Origin: Asterias rubens
Taxonomy: Eukaryota
Reading direction: 5' to 3'
NCBI RefSeq assembly: GCF_902459465.1
Contig: NC_047079.1
Span: forward strand, 7,502,001-7,566,000
Length of the DNA: 64,000 bases
Below, one piece after another: positions 14,201 to 25,700 of the stretch. Position numbers and translations under genes: made by a program. Each line of letters starts with the position of its first letter. Within the stretch, counting starts at the first letter, position 1. The notes below the pieces were generated by a model, which was not told where the DNA came from, made no database searches, and was given only the letters and a program-made list of their open reading frames with translations.

Positions 14201-14645
14201 TATGGTCCGTGTCTGGAAGAAGCACACCTTACTACGAGTGTTCCTGTGCAATGGTGCCGATGATGACAGCTCCATCAGCAAGCACAGACGAGAGAAAATG
14301 GAGAAGTTTCTAAATGAGTTGCGCATCAAGGCCACGATCATCATGGTCAGCAACAGCAACATCCAGCCGTTTGCCGTTATGAAGGATGACATGGGTGCTA
14401 GTAGTGACCACGGCCATGCCCAGTTGGTTTACTCCCAGGTCTCCGATACGTACATTCAAGAAGTCAACACTATGATCAAGAATTACTCAAAGAACACCGC
14501 TGTGAACTTCTGTTACTTACCGCTACCTCCAACAGATTCCACTCAGCAAGCTGATTACATGCGACATCTAGATGCGCTGACCTTTGACCTGCCCCCAACC
14601 GTTCTTGTTCACGGTATACAAGAAGTAACATGTACAGCACTCTAG
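5260..14645 (+). CDS. SLC12A9: Solute carrier family 12 member 9 (cation-chloride cotransporter family), 13 coding exons, 910 aa
   Basis: Exons 5260-5461, 6137-6271, 7564-7698, 8004-8303, 8665-8772, 9370-9481, 9889-10046, 10527-10612, 10805-10929, 11301-11493, 11998-12163, 13482-13640, 13792-14645. All introns are GT-AG with matching phases; total 2733 nt. Motifs [84 protein letters not shown] and C-terminal [17 protein letters not shown] are characteristic of SLC12A9 (human 914 aa). Confidence 0.96.
5776..6003. mobile_element. MITE family with GGGCCCAATTTCAT-type terminal inverted repeats
   Basis: gggcctaacttcatg...catgaaattgggcgc. Related copies at 8886-9029, 30139-30382 and 34251-34491. 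Confidence 0.75.
6272..7563 (+). other. U12-type (minor spliceosome) GT-AG intron in SLC12A9
   Basis: 5' site GTATCCTTT at 6272 matches the U12 consensus RTATCCTTT. Branch-like CCTTAAT at 7544-7550 lies 11 nt before the terminal AG, with no polypyrimidine tract. Splicing restores GGAY-F-MISR. Confidence 0.88.
12692..12834. repeat. Degenerate 11-bp tandem repeat (GAAACTATTTT-like, 13 units)
   Basis: gaaactattta gaaactgtttt gaaactatttt gaaacttttta ... gaaactgttca gaaactaggtt, with an exact 11-nt period. Confidence 0.8.
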
Positions 14646-16058
14646 AAGACGTCGTGTCAAAGTTCATACAGATTCCTTTTATGCATCTAATGCTTTTATA
14701 TTTGTAATTATTTTGTACTGTGCCTTTACATTTTATTTATGATAATGATATTAATTAAAGCATTTTTTTCAAGGACATGTCTTTTTTTTTCTAGTTTGGC
14801 TACTCAGAAAAGGCTTTCACCATTAGTTGAAAAATAGAAAAACCAAAATATTTTGAGGGAAAAAGAGTGACTTGTTTTGGTGAAAACTTGAATTGAAATT
14901 ACTCAATTAGTGACAGAACAAAAAAGATCTTGTTGTAAATTGGAATGAGGACCAACCGTTTAATGACTATTTAAAGCCAATGGCCTTGAACTACGTCTTC
15001 ACTTCTTATCAGCCATTTGTTCCCTTTTGTAAAGAATGCATCTATGACAGGCCTGGGATTTTATCATTTAGAGGGCTAGGCCATTTTCTTAAAGGCAAAA
15101 TTTTTGTTTTGATAAACAAAATGGGGAACCATCGAACATTTTTGGTGTAAAGTTGTAGGATCCAAGATCAGGCACCTGCCTAAACTCAAGTAAAGTTTAT
15201 TTGCTCAACAAATAGATGGGCTTTCGATCTTTCATCAAGGGCTTTTGTTTTGCTAACTCACTTTTTGAACCCTATATTTAATTTAAATTATGATATTGTG
15301 AGAATTAAAAACTTCAAGCTGTGTTGCAACTAACATCACAAAATATATAAAATTGTTCAATCAAATTGTGTCAATTTTAAATTGCAATTGCAACTTTTTG
15401 TTTTAGTATAACTTAAAAGTTTTGTTACGTTTCCCTTAGGTTATTTTATAACAAGACTATACCATGAAAGTAACTTTTTAAACAAGAAAAAAAAAATATA
15501 GACAAAAATAGAAAACATGAACTCTTTAAATATTGTTAATAAGGAAAGAAAATTGCTGCATATTATGAGATTTATCATCCATGGTATGGTAGAAAAGAAT
15601 AGCATTTGTAATAGCATTTTTTTTCTGCATATTATATTTTTTTGTAAATTTTGTTAAAACATAAGAAAACAAATTGAATTTAGAAAGGAGCATAAACTGT
15701 GGAGCAAATGTTAAACCTATTTTATGAACAACGTTTTGTGTTGGTATATATTTGAGATCAAAGAGCGAGTCACATTTTAAGGCAGTGTACAAACATTGCT
15801 CTGTAGAAATTTGTTGCCAGAGCCAAAATGTTCATACTGATGTGGTCGGAACCCTGTTTAAAAGCTGCAAATTCTCCCTGAATCTGCTATTTCCATGTTC
15901 TGATTATCAAATCTGAAAATCTATCTGATTATGGAAATCTTTTCACTATTTATGTTGAATGCAATTTAATTATCTCCCTGATATGAAAACAATCTTCCTG
16001 ATTGCAAGATAAAGGTGTTGGTAACTGTAGGTGTTGGTAACTGTAGCTATCTGTCTGA

Positions 16059-16420
16059 AGGCACTGGACACCTTTGGTACTTTGTCAAAAAGATTAGTAT
16101 TCTCACTTGGTGTATCCCAACATAGGCCCCTATGCATAAAATAACAAACCTGTGCAAATTTGGGCTCTATATTGGTCATCGAAATTGAAAGAAAATAATG
16201 AAAGAACAACACCTTGTTTCAGTAGGTGTACTCTCACATGTATGATAAAGGCTACAGGCCTGAAGTCTTTCTCAGATTCAAATACTTTAGTCCGAAATTA
16301 TCTCTCTAAAAAACTGTACGTTATTTACTTCATAGTGATTCATTTCTCACAATGTTTTACACTTACAACAGCTCTCCATTGCTCATTATTGTGAGTAACT
16401 ACCAAACGTGTCCAGTGCCT
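16059..16420. mobile_element. Non-autonomous DNA transposon (Kolobok-like), AGGCACTGGACAC TIR family
   Basis: aggcactggacac...gtgtccagtgcct. Same family as 61615-61969, with partial copies near 10065-10130 and 21240-21377. Confidence 0.75.
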
Positions 16421-16881
16421 TTCTGGGGTAGTGCCTTTCTGGGGTCCCAATTCTTAGAAGCAAAATGATGGTTAGGAGGTGTGGTTTTCGGAGTGATCAG
16501 TGGTGTTTTCTTGACGTTTCGACCAGTGCTCTCTAGTATTCAGTATGTTATTTGATTTGTGCGTTTTGCTGTAATGTTAATGTCTGAAATCCTAATGGCG
16601 TAATTGAAATAAAATTAATTTAATTTTTTTAGTTTAAAAGGCAAAACAATGGTGTTGTATTCATTGATTGTGGTCAGGGTCTAATGAAATTGCAATGATG
16701 CTTCTGCAGAACTTCCCGTCTACAGCTTTTTTTTTATACAACATGCGAGGCAATTGTCAAAAATGAGTGGGGCACAGCACAGTCACAAAATGTAACCATG
16801 TATCTTTGGCTGTCTATCATTGATTCCTTTAGCAGGCATTTTATAATGAGAGTGGCACTATGGCGGCCATTGATACAATGT

Positions 16882-16979
16882 TAGCCTTTAGTCAAGGCGC
16901 ACGCGGCACACCGGATGGCACGCACAGCTTCACCGCTCGCGCTAGTCTTTTTTCGTGCTTGCGCCTTGACTAAAGGCTA
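16882..16979. mobile_element. Short MITE with TA ends
   Basis: tagcctttagtcaaggcgca ... tgcgccttgactaaaggcta: a perfect 20-bp inverted repeat. Confidence 0.75.
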
Positions 16980-19720
16980 TAGCAATGTACGGTCAGCAGA
17001 GAGATCGGGTCCTCAAAACACAAACAGAAGTCTGTTCTTTATATAACAGAGGAAGTCCAGGTACTCGACTCCGGCCTTTGGATATCAGTCGGTCATCCTG
17101 CAAATTATTATTGCTTTGAAAAAAATACCCTTTGTCGTCGAATCCTCTCTCTATTGTAGGCCTACCAAGGAAAAACAATCCCCGGACCTCAAAAGCCCCA
17201 AGCACAAACCGACTCCTAAATTACCCCACGACACATGACGGCACACTAGTCAAGGGCGAAACCGGTAAACTGTGACTTTATGTGAAGTCACGCGTCGGTC
17301 ACTTAGGTGCCATGATCGAACATCTAAGCCGTGAGTTGTGGTATCCATTTCAACAAGTTACGATTGAATTTCATCGGATTGTGTTTGGTTGGTCCTGCGA
17401 GACTGGAGGCTTTAGTCTTAACTCTTTCATTTTTCCCCAGGCGTCTTCAACATCTCAGGTAAAATCTTCCAGCACAGCTGTGCGCGCACGTGCGGTTAAA
17501 ACCTGTACTTGAACATTGCGCGTGCTCTAAATGCACACGTATTGCGATATTGAATAGTGCTATATCATGGCAGTTTTAATGGCGAGGATTTTAAAGTGTG
17601 TTTTAAATTCTAGAGACACTGTAGGTTTTGTCTTCGTTGATTGCAGCTTATTAGCTTGGCCTTGGCATTAACCATGCCTTGAAATCTTGAATCGTTTTTT
17701 TAAAACGGTTCAAGAAAGGGTTAGTACTTAAAAGTACTTATCACTCTGTACTGAGACGAATCTTTTAAAACTTACTATTTGACATAAATCAATTATTAAA
17801 TTTGAAAGAATCGGCGGCCAATCGTAATCGTTTTGTAGTTCTAATTACGTATTATTATTATTTAAACTCGCGATCAAAGCAGATTTTAATTGGCCGACGA
17901 GGTGTCGTAGTCAGATCCTTTATTACCAAGGGGTATTGGTACATCTTCTTTTTAATTTTGTTTGGTTTGTCTTGGGATATTTTTTTTAGATAATAATAAA
18001 AACCTCAGACACAATTAATTTATTTGAATATGCCTGTCTTTAATATAAACCTAATTGCTTTAATAATGGTACTAAACAATGATGTTGACCAGAAAAATTG
18101 TCAAATAAAAGAACATCGACGACTTTGTATACCTTTTGAACGGTAGCGATAATGTGTATGCCCAAATCTTATATAATTCATAATTATAAGTTATGAATAT
18201 CATCTCACCAGACTTGCGGTTTAACAGTCTTAAGTACTTGAGCAAAAACCAACAAAATGCTGTTAATTATCGAAGTTGACAGTGAGTGAACACATGGTTT
18301 CACACAACTGCTGTTTTATGTTTTATGTTTTAAATCACGTAGAAGCCTCTTGCGTTTTGGCTTGAACCGAAATCCACCCTTTACGATTTATTATTAGTTA
18401 TTATCCGGCTTTTTATTTTAAAATTATTTACACTGGATAACTTAAATTACTCAGTTTTAGACGACGTCACCTAATTGGTCGTATTGGGGATGCTACTATG
18501 ATGGGCCGTCTCGAAATGATAGTTTTTCCTCTGGCCTCGCCCACAAAATATAAACCTGCGATCCAAGCAAATTCAAAAGTGGCCGACGAGATGTAATTGT
18601 CATCAAAGACTCATACCCTTTATTAGCAAGAAGCCTGTGGTGACGTCACGGAGAGCAAACGTAACATATCGCTATATACTTTGTGAATAGTTTGCCTGTT
18701 AGACAATGCCAGTATGCCTTTACAACTAAACATGCACCTCACCATGCCAGTGGGCGGTGCTTAACTAATTATCTATTCGTTTATGCAAACAAGTGGGAAG
18801 CCGAATGCGGATGAATAATATTTACAGCAATAATTAATCTTTGGATGAGTAGGCCTACACTGGTATGGTGCTAAAGAAACAAAACTAATAATACTAGAGG
18901 ACGAAGACAGGAGTTGGCACCTAAAACTACAATTGGCTAAAGGATGCATTTTACAATCTAAACTTTGCTAAAAGTTGAGTTTTTCTCTATCAAATAATGG
19001 CAAGGCGCTCGTTTTGACATTTGTGTTGTTTTAATGTCAACTGCAAGGCGAATGCACATTTCATTATAAACACCTAGCAGTTACCAATCGCTTTTCTTAT
19101 AAGGACAGTTTTGATCTTCGATTTTTTGAACTCATTTGGAAGGTCATTATCTAGATCAAAGTACAAGAAAGGCGATGACATTTTATGGAAGAGGGAAAGG
19201 GGTTGGGGATGGACACAATTACCAGGGTTCACATTCTGAATTTAACACCTTCTAAAAAATTGTCCTTTGCGAGGACCTTTACTGCAGTGCAATTGTTTTT
19301 AGGAATTATTGGGGGGGGGGGGGGTTGCAGGAAAATCTGGCAACCACTGTACACAGTGCAACTCGCTGAATCTACTTAAAATAAATGTACGTGTGCGAGT
19401 AACTTTGATGACGTCGTTTAAGACGTAATAACTTCGAGCGTTTCAGAAACTACGGTTTGAAAAAGAAGAAGAAAACCCGCATCAGGCTAAACCTTTCTCA
19501 AACCAGCAAGATTATTGTTACTTCGGTCGCCATTTGCTTGCCCAAGTACGGCAAGAAAATAACCCCAAATGTTGTCCGCTATCCGTGTATATGAATTAAA
19601 CACCTCTGGCTACGGCTGTTCACTGTAGTAAGCCGTGGCCATAGCCAAAGGCGTAGTATCCTTACACGACTATGTTTAGTTGAATCGTGATGTAGTCGAG
19701 AGTCACTTGATTTGTGGTCC

Positions 19721-22700
19721 TCAAATGCTTCTTTTCTGAGATCCTTGTCCTTTGTCAAATACGGGTGTCCTCCAGAACAGAAAGTGTGCTGGATTTGAAA
19801 AGGGAGGCAGAGAAAGTACAAATTAGGTAAAAAGGCCTTCGCTTTACTGAACAAAAACATAGAGCAATTGAACGATCGTGTAGGAAACTTTTAAAGTATA
19901 TTAAATTTGCATTGGGGATAAAAGATGTTTTACCCCTATGTCGACGTGTATCAAGCCCTGTATTTGGTGTTTTTCCCGAGTCCTTTGTCTGGTTAGACGG
20001 TTCTCTGGGTATAATAAAGAGGGTTCGATTTCCACCCGAGTTATGCCTGAGGATATTTTTCACGTGACTCTGGGAAAAGTTCTTATAGATACAGTGCTTT
20101 ACACAGATTTGGTAAAACAGAATTATAGGGTTAACTTGATTACTTTTACGGGTAATAATGTTATCTTTCGGAGGAGAGGTGTTTCTGAAAACAACTATTA
20201 GTGGTGAGATTCTCGACGTTTCAATCAGTATACGCTGTTGGTCTTAGTGTGAATGCTAGCTCATGTATTTTTTTTTAAACAATATTTTGTTTGTTTTTGT
20301 TTATGAAAAATGTTTATTCCAAAATTAAAAGCTATTTATTTTACTCTTCTAGACTTCTCCTAAGCATATTAATGAGCAGACAATTATTAATTATGGGTAT
20401 GCACAAGTTTGATTGTAAAGTTCTTTACTTTTTTTTTTAATCTCGATTGTTTAGTTTGTCCTTGAGAAAATTGACTCCCGTGAAAACAAAATATTTCTGA
20501 ATTTTACGGTAAAAATATTTGAAATATGGCTGGGGTTCATGTCCGGTTCCAATGACAATAAACAACTGAGAATATTTGTAGGCCCTGAACAGGATGCCAG
20601 TCCATCGCAGTTTACTCCCCAGCTCTCACCAATACCCATTTGTACTCCTGGGTGGAGAGAAGCAATTATGATAACATTCCTTGCTCAAGGACACAAGTGT
20701 CGCAACTAACCAGGCCCAGGATTCGAAGTCCATCAATCTAGACCGCTCAGCCACGACATTTAAAAAAGAACAGTTAGTGGTATAATCATTACCAGATGGT
20801 CCTTTAATAAAAATCATCTAGGCTAAACTGTATCTTTAAAACACTTTTTTTCACCGTAAATGCTGACGAGACGAAAGTACAGTCTATGTTGAAATAGACA
20901 CGACTCGACGCAAACCCAATACCCGCTCTTTTGATCACGTATCGATTTATCCATAGCCGCAAAGACGGCTTGTCTGGGAGACTACACACCAACCCACCCA
21001 CGTCAACACGAAACCGATCCCCTACTTCAGACTTTTGAAAATTCCAAATGATCCGATTACATCCCCCAAAATATTTATTTCACCGTCTGTTAAATATTCT
21101 TAATAATTCTTGAATAATTGAATACTTGAATCACTGGGAAAAGAACTTCAAAAGAGGTAAATTCTCACTCAACTAATATTAAAGACTTCAGCTGAAGCCT
21201 TTTGTTATGCATCCGAAAGCATACCAAGTAAGGGTGTTTTTATTTCATTATTCTTTTGCAAATTCGATGACAAATTGAGCCAAATGTTCATAGACTTGTT
21301 ATTTTATATGCATATTGGAATACATCAAGTGAGAATACTGGTCTTTGACAATTGCCAAAGGTGTCCAGTTCCTTTAAAGCGCGCTTGATGATATCTTTTA
21401 TGTGGAATCTTAAGGAATAGTAACTTCACTTCTAGCTGAATCCCAGTTGCACTTCCCTAGACACGTCAAGGTGGATTTACGGAAACTTTTTTTAAACATT
21501 TTATTTGAGCAAACGTGTCAAGCGACTCTCATGTCAAGCCAAAGTAATAAATGTCGAGTATCATAGAAAAGTGTGTCAACCCCCAACTTATCATTACAGC
21601 ATTTGGATCAGGATAAACCTCAGAAGCCCCTGGAGTTATTGGAAGTAACAAAGAAATTGGGGTTGGACAAATAAAGAATGTCCAACAACCCTAAGGATCC
21701 GTAAATGTTGTTCTTTCTTCGATGGTGAATGAAACGAGCGCGGTTGAGCAGACGTTAAAATAAGGCGCGAAATATCCGTGGGGTATTTTGTAGTAAAAAC
21801 ATATCACGGGGTGAATTCTTTAGATCTGAAATTTCCTTTTTGCGAAAGAAGGCGGTTTTGTATGTTATTCGCAATTAAATTTCTGGGTATAGTGAGATTG
21901 TTTTTCTTATTCAAAGAGTTGTTGACGAAAGAAGCTGGTATATGGGGCCAACCAATCAAAAGTTGTGTTAGAAATATTATATTAGTATGGCGCATATTAA
22001 TTTGTATTTGTGATGGAAGTTTTGTTCTAATGTTCATAAGAATAGAAAAAGAACTAAGTAATGTTTGCGTTCATGTCTTATAAAGACTGGTTGTTTTCAA
22101 GAAATATTATATTCATATTGTTTTACTCAACTCCTTTATAGGGCTAAGACTTTGACGAACATCCAGTTATCAATCTCCAACAACATTCGACAGAGAGAAG
22201 TGATTTGACCATTCTGTAAGTTTACGTAAAGTGAAATATTTCCGGTAGTATTTTTGTTACCGCGATTCACATGGCAGCATGCGTGATGGGTGACAACCAT
22301 TTCTTTTTGTTTCCTTTCTTTATCGGTACTTTCCTTCCCAGCAATGTGACAAGTTTTTTCTTTATCAAAATTATATATAGGCCTTTACTTTTTATAGTAA
22401 ACAAATAATAATAATGCAGAACGAGAACAATATCATTACATCATTGGTTTTATGGAAGAGTTAATAGAGGTTAATTATTTTTGCATTGTAAAATTTACGC
22501 GTACCGTTACACTACAAAAACGGTATTCTCTCCATACGTTATAATCCCGTTTTAAATCATTTCGGAGATAATTACGGTTGTGCGTTATCTGGTTCGTAAC
22601 TATTAAAGTAAACGTTTGAATTTGGTTGTAAGGAATTGTGTTCTTGTGGCTTTAAGTGCGTTTTAAGTAAGTTTTTGTGTGTATTTTGTGCTTTTAGAAA

Positions 22701-25700
22701 CTCAAACCATAATGCATTTCGCTGAATATGGTTGTGTATAATGTGATAATAAAGCAAGCTATATAGGCCTACTATAATTTGCGTGCCAGATGAAATAATC
22801 ATATAATAGTTTTTGCATCAAAATTCAGATAATTTTATGGTGATCCAAATCAATAAACGAGAATAATTTCCCGCTCTCACTATTCAACGATGAGACCTTA
22901 ACACATGATGCGACATAGGAGCTTCATCGTGTAAATCAAAATCTAAACCCGGTGTGGCGGTTTCAGTCTTCCGCCGTGTTCAGTTTTCCGGGTGACGTAG
23001 TCGCTCATATCAGCACGTTGTTCGAACGGTTTTAGCTTTCCGGCGTGTTCAGTTTTCCGGGTGACTTGTCAGATACCTCCGCGAGTACCCTGGCGAGCAC
23101 TGTAGTTCTCTCAGCAGTGACCCCACATTGTTTATATTACGATTCTTTTCTGTGTAGTTACATAATCTCTTGCCCCATCTTTACATGTATTCATGGGTAC
23201 AACTTCAGGCAGGTCACACTCTGCTTGCGTAAAAAACAACTCATACGATCCACGCGTTTGCCGCTAGTTGTACTCGACTCGTGGACGCCGCCATGACAGC
23301 TACCGGAGGGTAACGGATGACTCAATACGGCACTAAAATTGAACTACTTTCGCTTGCTGTGCGCAGGCATCGCATGACGTAATGCTACCGTGTTTGGTCA
23401 TTCGGAAAACTGAACACAGCGGAAAGTTGAAACCGCCACACCGGGACACGTTAAGGACTGACGGATGGGTTACGTGATTGGCCAAAGGCACCCATGTGAC
23501 CTTTATCCTTCCACGTCTTTGAATCAAAACCAAATTGTCCATTTTTATTAAAGATGTCATCAGATCGTCACGATAGACACGAAGGAAGGAGTGTAGAAAT
23601 GTCTCCAAGCTATGCAGCTTCTTGTCAATCGTCAAAATGTCATAAACTAATTTCCACTATTGTGAAATAATATTATTATCCACATTAGAGGAGTCGTTGT
23701 GAACGTGTATACGTGTGTTGGCCACAGGAAGAAAATTAACACAAGTATACCTGAATAGGGTTATCAGCCAAAATACAACGTATACACCATTTGCTATGGT
23801 TTCCTGCTTATTTTTTGCTAAGCAGAAACATTTTACCACTAATATCTGTTTAAGCAGCTCAACGAAATTTGTCTCTGTGTTTAACCTGCATGCATATTTT
23901 AAAGTTTAATTTAAACTAATTTATATACCATATGTATAATTCTGTAAACTAAAAGTTTCTGCGAAGCAAAAGTCACCAATAAGGTCACCCAAGAGAATCC
24001 GTCGGTGAAATGCATCTACGTAATCTCTCTGCGATTCCCATTTAACGTACATTATCTTGATTCAAAGAGCGTAAGAATAAACTGTAGTCCAGCAACCTAA
24101 TGCACTTTAGCTTGATTCAAAACAGTATGTTTTTGCCTGCGCTCTCATGAGAAATGTCATCAGCATTGCCAATAACTAACAGAATAAAGGGAAAAAATCC
24201 AGCAATCATACAAACAAAACTATTTGCTAACAAGACTTTATCGGGAGATTTAAAATGAAAGAAGCCGAAACCGGAAATGACGATTTTCATTTTCCATTTT
24301 ACCATTACATTTTGGTAAAAAACCGAAAAACTAAAACAGTTTAAGTATTTGCTCTTCGTATTAAATCGATCTTACTACGGTTTTTGTTGTTCATTTTTCG
24401 AGATATCCTATTTCCAGCACTGCCTGTAAATATTTTAAAGCATTTTCTCAAAAACTTTCTCTCGAATCTTCCTTTCTACTGACGCAAGACCCACTTTCCA
24501 TTAGACTTAATTCAGCCGCTTAATCTTACTGCCGGTAGGGTTTCCCATTACCCTGTACGCACATCAGCCTTCAGATGAATTAGCTGTAACCGTAGTAGAG
24601 ACTAATAACGGTAAAAGCCCTAGTAACGTACGTACAGGCGCATTTGTTTTAATTATCATCATATTGAAAGAATTAGGTTTTAACCTATATTATGGAAAGG
24701 AAGTTGGTGTTAGATTCATATAAGACTTAGGCTATGCATGTTTGAACAAATTAAGTAGGGTTCGGTGAGACCATGTAATCAATCTATTTTGTGATTAGTG
24801 GTGGCTCTGAGAAGAGCTGGTTCCTTTATTAATTTGAGTTACCTATACGTACATTGTTGTTAGTAAGCTGCTCTTGTAAATTCTACTCGACTAGTCTCCT
24901 CACCACAAATATTACTCTTTCTTATAATCCAGAAACGTTCAAGTTTATTACTTGAATGTTATGACCCGAGGAAATACATGAAAGGGAAATTAAATAAATG
25001 ATTCAACTTTCAGTAATTGAAAGGAAATGATTGCGGCGTTTCTTGGGAGAAAAGAGCGGGTCTTTTTGTTTTATCTCGTTCGTCAAAGTATTTATTTTAT
25101 ATTTTATTAATCGTGATTTCATTTCATGATTCAGTTTTTTTTATGATTTAATTTCTTTTTAAAGAAACCGGGGTGGATATCACAAAGAGTTAGGACTAGT
25201 CTTATCTCGAGTTAGGACCAGTTACTCGTCCTAATTAGGACTATCCATGCAATTTGTATATCTCTTAGGACTAGTCTTAGGACTAGTCCTAACTATGTGA
25301 AACCGACCCCAGTACACTTATCGAAAAGAGAAGGGGTTCGCCCCGGTATTCCTGGTTTGATCGGAACTTGGCAGCATACTGCGCCACAGCACCTTGTAAA
25401 CCATTCATGTGGTGATATATAGCATAGACCTCATAATTCAAACGTATAGTCCCACATCCTTGAATGAAAGAACTGTACGTTAAAGCACCTTGAGCGACAC
25501 TGAACGGTTTTTGTTTGTAATGAAACTTTCTAAAAACAGATATTTTGGAGGTACCTTTCATGTCGATGTTTGATATAGGCCTAATGCAAACGATGACTAT
25601 TATGAGCAACTCAATACACACGCCATACGGCATAAATTCAGCATTAGTTACTAAACCTCATCAATATTTAAAAAGGGCATGGTTAATCTTACATTTTCTT

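Noticed and set aside
25689-25700. Precursor as echinoderm SS1/allatostatin-C type (exon 2 ends KRK-T|, suggesting KCIGRF...C)
   Set aside because: A by-eye search of 14650-25690 found no acceptor followed by C-x-G-R-F. The only near hit (17476-17447, CAGRFYLRC*) has no AG in front of it.
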